From an uncultured archaeon (lineage in GTDB: Archaea > Asgardarchaeota > Lokiarchaeia > Sigyniarchaeales > SOKP01), in assembly GCA_964583985.1 (NCBI GenBank), contig CAZOYD010000085.1, positions 1-12,567 of the forward strand: a DNA stretch of 12,567 nt, in the 5' to 3' direction. The translations under genes were made by a program, and so were the position numbers. Of the stretch, positions 1-7,429 are shown in pieces (the first letter of the stretch is position 1; each line of letters starts with the position of its first letter). The notes below the pieces were generated by a model. The model saw only the letters and a list, made by a program, of their open reading frames with translations. It had not been told where the DNA came from and made no database searches.

Positions 1-575
1 TTTAAACCATAATTTTTGACATAATCTTTTAACAAAAGCTCTTGTTCCATTTTAGAAATGCTATATTTATTTGGAGGATTATAAGATTCCTTTTCATTTG
101 CGGGAATTGGGTATCCATTCTTGTTTTTTTGATATTTCGGTTCTCCATATACACCACACGTGCTCCAATGAATAAATCGTAAACTTGTTAAATCTTGAGT
201 TTCTAGTATCATATCAAGCAAATTTCGCGTCCCCTCAACATTGATTTTTCGTAGTACATCTAAATCCGCGAAATAGTCATATAAACTTGCAGTATGGAAG
301 ATGATGTCATATTGTTTCTCGAATAATAGGGTCCTAAGAGATTTTTGGTCAGTCAGATCAGCAGGAATGAATGAAACTCTTTCATTCTCCAATACATCAA
401 TCATATTTTTGAATCTAGTGCTAAAAACGGTTTCCTTGGACATTATAAATTCTCTTTTTTCAGGAGGTAAATCTGTGGCAATGATTCTCCAATTAGGTTT
501 AGATTCTAAAATCTCCTTGATAAGGAATGATCCCGTATGTCCTTTCGCACCATCTACCAGTACTAATTTACTCAT
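1..575 (-). CDS. NAD-dependent epimerase/dehydratase (extended SDR), runs off the left window edge
   Basis: Manual translation from ATG at 575: MSKLVLVDGAKGHTGSFLIKEIL (Rossmann GxxGxxG), IIFHTAS, INVEGTRNLL, RFIHWSTCGVYG, YSISK (catalytic YxxxK). Not in the ORF track because its stop lies outside the window. Confidence 0.9.
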   Translation of the reverse strand, partial: MSKLVLVDGAKGHTGSFLIKEILESKPNWRIIATDLPPEKREFIMSKETVFSTRFKNMIDVLENERVSFIPADLTDQKSLRTLLFEKQYDIIFHTASLYDYFADLDVLRKINVEGTRNLLDMILETQDLTSLRFIHWSTCGVYGEPKYQKNKNGYPIPANEKESYNPPNKYSISKMEQELLLKDYVKNYGL

Positions 576-803
576 TCTCTAATATATATCATGAGGTCTT
601 AATTAATTAATATTCGGATTTTATAAAATCCTAATGTCCGGTTATTAAGCTATTTTGAGAAGGACTACTATAATTATTAAATAAATTTATGAACAAAAGA
701 CCATAATAATTTGAAAACTATGTGACTGACAAATCTTAAGGGAATCGAGGATCTACTTTAGGATATTATTAGGAACTCGATTTCACGAAATATTATCGTA
801 ATA

Positions 804-857
804 TTACAATGATATTTTATCTAAATAAAGCTCCTAATTATTAAAATAACATTGTAA
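804..857. promoter_or_regulatory. 16-bp inverted repeat upstream of the RHH gene, candidate operator
   Basis: TTACAATGATATTTTA (804-819) and TAAAATAACATTGTAA (842-857) are reverse complements at 15/16 positions, with a 22-bp AT-rich spacer. Confidence 0.45.
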
Positions 858-880
858 GCTAATATTTAAGGTGATCTTAT

Positions 881-1036
881 ATTAAATTAATTACATGTCA
901 TATCCCAGAAGCCTATTTAAAAGGAATCGAAGATTTAGTTAATATGAACTTATATCCAAATCGTTCGGAAGTAATAAGGGTTGCAATAAGAGACTTGCTT
1001 AAGATTGAACTCAGTACAATCCTAAGAAAAGAATAA
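881..1036 (+). CDS. Ribbon-helix-helix (CopG/Arc/MetJ-like) transcriptional regulator, 51 aa, probable ATT start
   Basis: Translation (M)KLITCHIPEAYLKGIEDLVNMNLYPNRSEVIRVAIRDLLKIELSTILRKE has the archaeal RHH pattern YPNRSExIRxAIRDLL. SD AAGGTGA at 868-874, in-frame TGA at 872-874, T-rich tract after the stop. Confidence 0.88.
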   Translation: MKLITCHIPEAYLKGIEDLVNMNLYPNRSEVIRVAIRDLLKIELSTILRKE

Positions 1037-1060
1037 TTTCTTTCTTTTTTTCTCTATTTT
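1037..1060 (+). terminator. Oligo-T archaeal-type terminator after the RHH gene
   Basis: TTTCTTTCTTTTTTTCTCTATTTT immediately follows the stop codon. Confidence 0.5.
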
Positions 1061-1226
1061 ATATTATGGTAATATGCATGGTACTCATATAGTCATATAG
1101 AAGATGGTGTGATTGATTATAGAGTCATGATATTGAAAGCGATTTTTATAAATATTTTCATTATGATTTAAAATTATTCGATAGTAATGCTCAATCTTTT
1201 TATGGAATTTCTCATTTTCTTAAATA

Positions 1227-2096
1227 ATGGTCTATACTCATCAAGATTTTGAATATATTGATTCGCATGTGCATTTCTTTCCTCCAAATCTCTTCAAAGC
1301 AATTTGGGATTTTTTTGAAACGCCTGCTGAAAACGGACAGTCTCGTGGGTGGTCCATCAAATATAAGTTAGAGATTGAGGAATTAGTCGAATTCTTAAAA
1401 TCTGAAAAGATCATCTCATTTACAACATATAATTATGCTCACAAGAAAGGAATAGCCGAAGATATTAATGAATGGACCTACCATTTTTGTAAAAAACATC
1501 CTGAAGCGATTGCTTTTGGATGTGTTTGGCCTAGTGATGATAATAAACTCGATTATGTTCAAAAAATTATTGATGAATATAATTTTCAAGGTCTCAAATT
1601 ACAGCTATTAGTTCAAGATTTTTATCCGAATGACAAAAGAATGTTTGAAATTTATAATTTCATGTTGGATAGAGGAAAATGGATTAACATGCACTGTGGG
1701 ACAGCTCCTTATTCCAACAAATTTGTTGGTTTCAAGCATTTTACTAAATTTATTCAAAAATTTCCTGATTTAAAGATAATCGTGGCTCATTTTGGAGCAT
1801 ACGAGCATGAGAAATTTTTCAAATTAATAGATAAGCACGATAACTTGTACTTGGATACCGCAATGGTATATATTCCTTCCAATTTATTCTACAAATGGAA
1901 TAAAAGCATACATTATCCGAATAGAGAGTTATTGATATCGTATCAAGATCGAATTCTTTATGGGAGTGATTTTCCTAATATTCCTTATGATTATGAAGTT
2001 TCCACGAAAGGATTATTGGATCTAGACTTGGAAAAAGGTATATATCAAAAGATATTCAGTGAAAATGCCAGGAAAATATTTAATGTCTCAAAATGA
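1227..2096 (+). CDS. Amidohydrolase family protein (Amidohydro_2-like TIM-barrel metallohydrolase)
   Basis: Motifs IDSHVH, GLKL, MHCG, IVAHFG, LYLDTA, RILYGSDFP, ENARKIF. Confidence 0.9.
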   Translation: MVYTHQDFEYIDSHVHFFPPNLFKAIWDFFETPAENGQSRGWSIKYKLEIEELVEFLKSEKIISFTTYNYAHKKGIAEDINEWTYHFCKKHPEAIAFGCVWPSDDNKLDYVQKIIDEYNFQGLKLQLLVQDFYPNDKRMFEIYNFMLDRGKWINMHCGTAPYSNKFVGFKHFTKFIQKFPDLKIIVAHFGAYEHEKFFKLIDKHDNLYLDTAMVYIPSNLFYKWNKSIHYPNRELLISYQDRILYGSDFPNIPYDYEVSTKGLLDLDLEKGIYQKIFSENARKIFNVSK

Positions 2097-2125
2097 ATCT
2101 TTAAAATTTATTTTTCTAATATTGT

Positions 2126-3028
2126 TCATACTAGCACTAAACTGATGGTCATAACAAACATACCAACAATTATGCCAAGAATGGAGAGATGCTCGTTCCC
2201 TAGTGATCTTGAAGCGGGTAATAACTCATCTATTGAAATATAGACCATTACGCCTCCAACGATTGCAAGCATTGCGCTTAATAAAAAGGGGGTAATAAAA
2301 GGAGTTAGCACTATCCATGTGATAACGGCACCTAATGGTTCACTGATCCCAGAAAGAAAAGACCATTTAAACGCTTTCTTTTTACTTCCTGTACATGCAT
2401 AGATAGGTACGGCGACAGCAATTCCCTCAGGAATATTATGAAGAGCTATAGCTACTGCCAAAATAAGTCCTAATTGAATTTCGGTGATTGTTCCTATAAA
2501 AGTAGTCATTCCCTCAGGAAAGTTATGAATGAAGATGCCTAAAAACGTAAAAATTGATGTTTTTACAAGATTGACTTCAGATCCACGACCATTCCCATTA
2601 AGTTGTTTTCTTCCGCTTCCATCTTTTGATCCTTGACGAAGACCCCGGCGAGCTCTATGTCTTTGTGTAATATCTTTTTTATGATAAAGAATGTGATGTG
2701 GGTGAGTTTCGCAGGAACCATTGGTATTCATTAAAATTTCAATCGAATCTTCGAACTCATATTCATGAGAGATGAACGCATCAATACCAAACATTATCAG
2801 CATCCCTAAGAAAAAAAACAAGGAAGCAAATAATATCTTGATAGATGCAATACTTTGTTGCAATAACTCTACAAACGAAATATATAACATAACACCGCAA
2901 GCGAAACCCATAATAAAAGAAACAAACCTTGGATTAGGTTTTTTCATGAAGAAAGCAATCAGACTTCCAATTGTTGTAGATAAACCCGCAAATAAGCTTA
3001 ACAAAAGAGCAAGGATATAAGTTTCCAA
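2126..3028 (-). CDS. zupT: ZIP-family divalent metal transporter (ZupT-like)
   Basis: AGLSTTIGS, GVMLYISFVELL, IHNFPEG, AIALHNIPEGIAVAVPIY, SGISEPLGA, GVMVYISIDELLP, plus a His-rich loop (THPHHILYH). TTG start. Confidence 0.92.
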   Translation of the reverse strand: METYILALLLSLFAGLSTTIGSLIAFFMKKPNPRFVSFIMGFACGVMLYISFVELLQQSIASIKILFASLFFFLGMLIMFGIDAFISHEYEFEDSIEILMNTNGSCETHPHHILYHKKDITQRHRARRGLRQGSKDGSGRKQLNGNGRGSEVNLVKTSIFTFLGIFIHNFPEGMTTFIGTITEIQLGLILAVAIALHNIPEGIAVAVPIYACTGSKKKAFKWSFLSGISEPLGAVITWIVLTPFITPFLLSAMLAIVGGVMVYISIDELLPASRSLGNEHLSILGIIVGMFVMTISLVLV

Positions 3029-3077
3029 ATTATATTCCCAAATTTAATTAATTTAATAAAATTTAAAATGTATTAAT

Positions 3078-3091
3078 TTAGATTATCCTAA
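3078..3091. promoter_or_regulatory. Candidate DtxR/MntR-type metal-responsive operator upstream of zupT
   Basis: TTAGATTATCCTAA is TTAG-N6-CTAA, one mismatch from TTAGG-N4-CCTAA, about 50 nt upstream of the zupT start. Confidence 0.4.
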
Positions 3092-3317
3092 TTAAGTTAT
3101 AATTTTTAGTAAATATAAAGGTTTAGGATCATTAAAATAGAATTATATTTTCTAATTTATTAAATTTAAATATTGAAAAATATCTTATTGGAAAAGTGAT
3201 TAATGAGAATTAGAAAAATCTAATTTTAATGCGAATCTGTTATCTTACAAAATACTAATTACTATAAATATTGAAATACATTTTCTTAATTAAATCTATA
3301 CTCTAAATTTTTAGATC

Positions 3318-4346
3318 ATGAATGATTTAACAGTAAAAGATAAGCTCTTCTTTTTTGAAAAACAATTTTTTACTCTTGATGGATTGTGGATGATTGAAGT
3401 CGAGAAAAAGACGGATTGGGATACGGCTTTAAAAATAGATTTAAACGTCTGGCTAAAATTGTTAAAAATTATTTTTCGAAGAATAACAAAATATCTTCAT
3501 ATTCAAAGTAATGATATAGTTGACTTACTTGAGATTCTTACATTTAGATGGTCGGTAGAAGGTTGGAAATATGACATCATAAATACGAATTCTGACAAAA
3601 TAGATATCAGCATTAAACGTTGCCCTTACAAATCTGCGATGGATAGAAATCTTGAAAGGCACGAGAAGATACCATTAATCTGCAATAACATGTGCAGACC
3701 ATTTTATCAGGAGATAGTTAAGGAATTTAATCCTTCAATTTCGTTAGAGAGAACTAAATTTATGGGTTTAGGAGATGATGAATGTGATTTTCACCTTTCC
3801 ATGTTACAAAATCAGAAAATTGATAAAGAGAAATTAAAAGAAAAAGTTCTACTAAAAAATATTCAAGATGAGGATAAACTCTTCTATTTTGAGAGCCATT
3901 TTCGTACTTTAGATGGGTTATGGGTAATTGATACTGAAGAAGAGATTGATTTTAATACAGCATTAGAGTTGGATATAATTGTATGGCAACGATTATATTC
4001 AATTATATTTCGTCGCGTAATTAAGTATTTAAAAATAAATGGTAATTCACTTGAGGATTTAATAGCAATTCTTTCTTTTATTTGGAACTGCGAGGGAAAT
4101 TTACATGAGATTATAATATATAATGAGGAAGAAGTCCAAATGAACATAACTGTGTGCCCTTACATCGATGCCATGAAAAGGAATATTGATAGACACGATA
4201 AAATTGCTTCTATTTGCAAAGATATGTGTGTTTCTTATCTTGATCCCGTTATCAAAGAATTTAATGACCATATTAAGATTCATAGAAGTCAATTTATGGG
4301 ACTTGGAGATAATAAATGTGATTTTCATCTAACATTAAAAGAATGA
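3318..4346 (+). CDS. Tandem two-domain DUF6125 / ATC-hydrolase / V4R-like protein
   Basis: Two homologous halves: DKLFFFEKQFFTLDGLW...CPY...CNNMC...FMGLGDDECDFHL and DKLFYFESHFRTLDGLW...CPY...CKDMC...FMGLGDNKCDFHL. Family assignment is from recalled motifs. Confidence 0.7.
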   Translation: MNDLTVKDKLFFFEKQFFTLDGLWMIEVEKKTDWDTALKIDLNVWLKLLKIIFRRITKYLHIQSNDIVDLLEILTFRWSVEGWKYDIINTNSDKIDISIKRCPYKSAMDRNLERHEKIPLICNNMCRPFYQEIVKEFNPSISLERTKFMGLGDDECDFHLSMLQNQKIDKEKLKEKVLLKNIQDEDKLFYFESHFRTLDGLWVIDTEEEIDFNTALELDIIVWQRLYSIIFRRVIKYLKINGNSLEDLIAILSFIWNCEGNLHEIIIYNEEEVQMNITVCPYIDAMKRNIDRHDKIASICKDMCVSYLDPVIKEFNDHIKIHRSQFMGLGDNKCDFHLTLKE

Positions 4347-4356
4347 ATACTAATGC

Positions 4357-6282
4357 CTAACAACGAGGGGATCGCTTAATCCTCGTCCAACCTTGATCTA
4401 AAATATAATCATAATCTTTTTCATATACTCTGTTAAAGTAAGAAACATGTTCAGAAACTTTTGATAAAATTAATTTCTGTTCATGTTCAGTAATAGAATA
4501 GATTTGAAATATGAGTTTATCCAATTCCCTGGTTGAATAATGAGTAGTATCATCAAAATTTCCACCAGTATTCGCTAAATAGTTCGAAATGAAATCTACT
4601 CTTTCGGAGATCTCTTCCTTTATATCTTCTCCGCATCTCTTAACCGGAAAATGACGAATCATGTACTGATTTAAATTAATAGTTGTACCTTTCTGATTAT
4701 TAATTCCAAAAATGCAATAAAATTGCATTAACGCTGAATTTATAATTCCACAAAGATATTTTAGTTCAATGATATTTTTATGAAGTATCGAATATATTGA
4801 GGAGGTAAAACAAACTTTCTTTTCTGTATAAACTGCTTGAGGAATTACGTTATTATGTTTTATTAATAACTTTTGATTATTATAATATTCAAAATTTCGC
4901 CCCTTTAGAGAATAAGGGCTAATAAATTCAATATTAAACGATTTATTTGGCTTAATTAAATAAAAATCAAAATCATCTTTCGCATTAATGAACAAGCAAG
5001 AAGCATTGGTATGTTCATTGATGATAGCTCTAATTTCCTTTAATCCTTTATCTTCTTCTCCTCGAATGAAAAGAGGGAAATCAAGGGTATTTATATAATT
5101 AAGATCTCCAACATTTTCAATTTTATCTATTAGGTTCAGAATTTCAACGGTCGCTTTAATCCGTATTCTGTTTAATGGTATAGTTTCACTCTTGCAGTAA
5201 GGACAATTTAAATCTCTTGTATACACGTGGATCTTTTTTGATTTCTTTCCCATTTGGCACTTTGAACTTTGACACATTCTTAATTTATCAAATGATTGAT
5301 CATTATACGTGATTATTTTATTATTCGGATAATCCCATACCTCTAAATTCTTAAATTTTTTACCTTTATTTTGATAAATTACGATTTGAACTTCATTAGT
5401 AGCTTTTTTAAATAAATTTGGACCAATATCAATTATTTTTAGTAAATTCGCTTTTAATAAAAGTAGATTTCTAAATCTAACGTAGCCCTGCCGTAATAAA
5501 AAGCTTTTAGGGACTAAAAAACCAATCAAACCATCACTCCATTCTAATGCTTTCAAAATGAAAATACAATAAATATCATTAACAAAAACGCTTTCAGTTC
5601 TTAATTTTTGTTTTATTGATTTTTCTAAGATATTTCCATAAGGAGGATTGCCAACTAAAAGTCCAAACTTTAAGGTTGGAGGATCTTTTATAATATCTCT
5701 AACAGTAATATGAGATTCTAAAACACATAATTTATTTAGTAAATCAATTGATTTGTTTTTTGATATATTTCTCAGCAATTTTAAAATACATAGTTTAATC
5801 GAATTATCATTTATATCATACCCATAAACATTGCTAATGATCACTTCTTTAACTGCTTCAAATTCATCTATAGGACAAATTCTTTCATATAGATTAGTTA
5901 TAATATCAATATAGCTTAGAAGAAATACTCCTGAACCACAAGATGGATCACAAATCAAAGTTTTTTTAAGTAGATTTAAAATAGATTTAGATTCAACTTG
6001 ATTTAATGATTTTATTTCACCCAAACTTTTTAGATTCACATTTTCAATTCGAGAATTAATATATTCCATAAGCGTTTGGGAAATAATATATTCCGCTATG
6101 TATTTTTGAGTGAAAAATACTCCTTCATTTTTTCTTTTACTATAATTTTGTAAAAAAAAATGTTCAATCTCATTAATTTGGCTTAATTTTTCCTCAAGAG
6201 CTATTTCATTATCTGACTTTAAAGCTATTCGGACAGATTCATATAATTCAAAGATAGATTGATTATTTTGCACATTCACCAT
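4357..6282 (-). CDS. N6-adenine DNA methyltransferase, gamma class (TaqI/Eco57I-like), with C-terminal target-recognition region
   Basis: EGVFFTQKYIAEYI (motif X), ICDPSCGSGVFL (motif I), NVYGYDI, VGNPPYG (motif IV), GFLVPKSFL, and TaqI-C-like LKYLCGIINSALMQFY...FPV. Confidence 0.88.
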   Translation of the reverse strand: MVNVQNNQSIFELYESVRIALKSDNEIALEEKLSQINEIEHFFLQNYSKRKNEGVFFTQKYIAEYIISQTLMEYINSRIENVNLKSLGEIKSLNQVESKSILNLLKKTLICDPSCGSGVFLLSYIDIITNLYERICPIDEFEAVKEVIISNVYGYDINDNSIKLCILKLLRNISKNKSIDLLNKLCVLESHITVRDIIKDPPTLKFGLLVGNPPYGNILEKSIKQKLRTESVFVNDIYCIFILKALEWSDGLIGFLVPKSFLLRQGYVRFRNLLLLKANLLKIIDIGPNLFKKATNEVQIVIYQNKGKKFKNLEVWDYPNNKIITYNDQSFDKLRMCQSSKCQMGKKSKKIHVYTRDLNCPYCKSETIPLNRIRIKATVEILNLIDKIENVGDLNYINTLDFPLFIRGEEDKGLKEIRAIINEHTNASCLFINAKDDFDFYLIKPNKSFNIEFISPYSLKGRNFEYYNNQKLLIKHNNVIPQAVYTEKKVCFTSSIYSILHKNIIELKYLCGIINSALMQFYCIFGINNQKGTTINLNQYMIRHFPVKRCGEDIKEEISERVDFISNYLANTGGNFDDTTHYSTRELDKLIFQIYSITEHEQKLILSKVSEHVSYFNRVYEKDYDYILDQGWTRIKRSPRC

Positions 6283-6362
6283 TATAAAGAAAAATAAAAT
6301 TATAGATTAATTGATATATGCTTTAGGTTTTTATAGGTAATATTATTTTATTATATTAGAAG

Positions 6363-6860
6363 ATGACAAAGCAAGACGAAGAAGAAGATTATCACGGAGT
6401 CGCTCCAATAAAGCCCATAATTAAAAAAATGAAAAAGGATTATGATAAAGATCCTAAAGGATGGAGTGTTGTTGGATCTCATGATGATCAAGGGAATTCA
6501 GATACAGTAATACTTAAAAATTCTAATGCATTTTGGCTGAAATCAAAAATGCTTAGCCCATATTCAGCATTATCTATGGGTTCGATTGTTAAAAATATAG
6601 ATAAAGAAATTGATGAGAGTATTGGTATTAAAAGAGAATTATCTCCCGATGAAATGCTTCGATTATTTGGCATGATAGTTCCAATTAACCCTGATAAAAA
6701 TATTATCGCTACCGGAATCGAAAGATATTCTCAACATCAAGGAAATATCTTGAAAAAAGTAATTTATGAACAAAATCCAAATTTAGATCATCAGCTTGCA
6801 AAAAGAATTGATGATGAATTTACCAAAAAATATCCACAACGAAAGAACATGTACATTTGA
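6363..6860 (+). CDS. Hypothetical protein, 165 aa
   Basis: Non-overlapping ATG ORF with typical composition, divergent from the MTase. No recognisable motif. Confidence 0.75.
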   Translation: MTKQDEEEDYHGVAPIKPIIKKMKKDYDKDPKGWSVVGSHDDQGNSDTVILKNSNAFWLKSKMLSPYSALSMGSIVKNIDKEIDESIGIKRELSPDEMLRLFGMIVPINPDKNIIATGIERYSQHQGNILKKVIYEQNPNLDHQLAKRIDDEFTKKYPQRKNMYI

Positions 6861-6880
6861 TAATAAAAAGAAATTTCTTA

Positions 6881-7306
6881 TTAGGGTATTTTCTCTTTTA
6901 AAATGTCAACTTCACCTTTCCCTTTTATTATGGGAAAATTCGAAGAATAAGTAGCTGAATTCCTAATTAATTCAGCAATGAATGCCTTAATTTTTTCTGG
7001 TCCAGATTTATCTTCGAGTGACTTTGCAAAATCTTTAATCAAGGGAATCTTTAAGTCTTCAACGTAGAAAGATACTCCCTTTTCAACTTCTTCCATTAAG
7101 AATTGAAAGGATAATTCTGCCGATCTTTCTGTTTTCGACAAGGGCTCATCTGGATCTTCATATGTGTATGAGATTTCCGTCCATCGTTCACCGTTGGAAT
7201 CTGCGGGTACCATTCCAAAAATATAATCGCTTGTATGTAACCAAATAGGCGTTCCATTATCAAAAGAAGCATCAATAATAGTCTTCATTTCTTCACTCAT
7301 GATCAC
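6881..7306 (-). CDS. Hypothetical acidic protein, about 140 aa (start may be ATG at 7300)
   Basis: Non-overlapping ORF with protein-like composition. No recognisable motif. Confidence 0.75.
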   Translation of the reverse strand: MIMSEEMKTIIDASFDNGTPIWLHTSDYIFGMVPADSNGERWTEISYTYEDPDEPLSKTERSAELSFQFLMEEVEKGVSFYVEDLKIPLIKDFAKSLEDKSGPEKIKAFIAELIRNSATYSSNFPIIKGKGEVDILKEKIP

Positions 7307-7429
7307 TCATTTTTTAAAATGTAAATTTTGCTTTTCGTGCAATAATTATGAAAACAATTTTATTTTAATCTTATCTTTTCTATTCATTTAAAAATGAACG
7401 ATTAGTAACATAAAAAATTAATTCGAATC

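Noticed and set aside
301-582. 93-aa plus-strand ORF
   Set aside because: Antisense shadow of the SDR epimerase gene.
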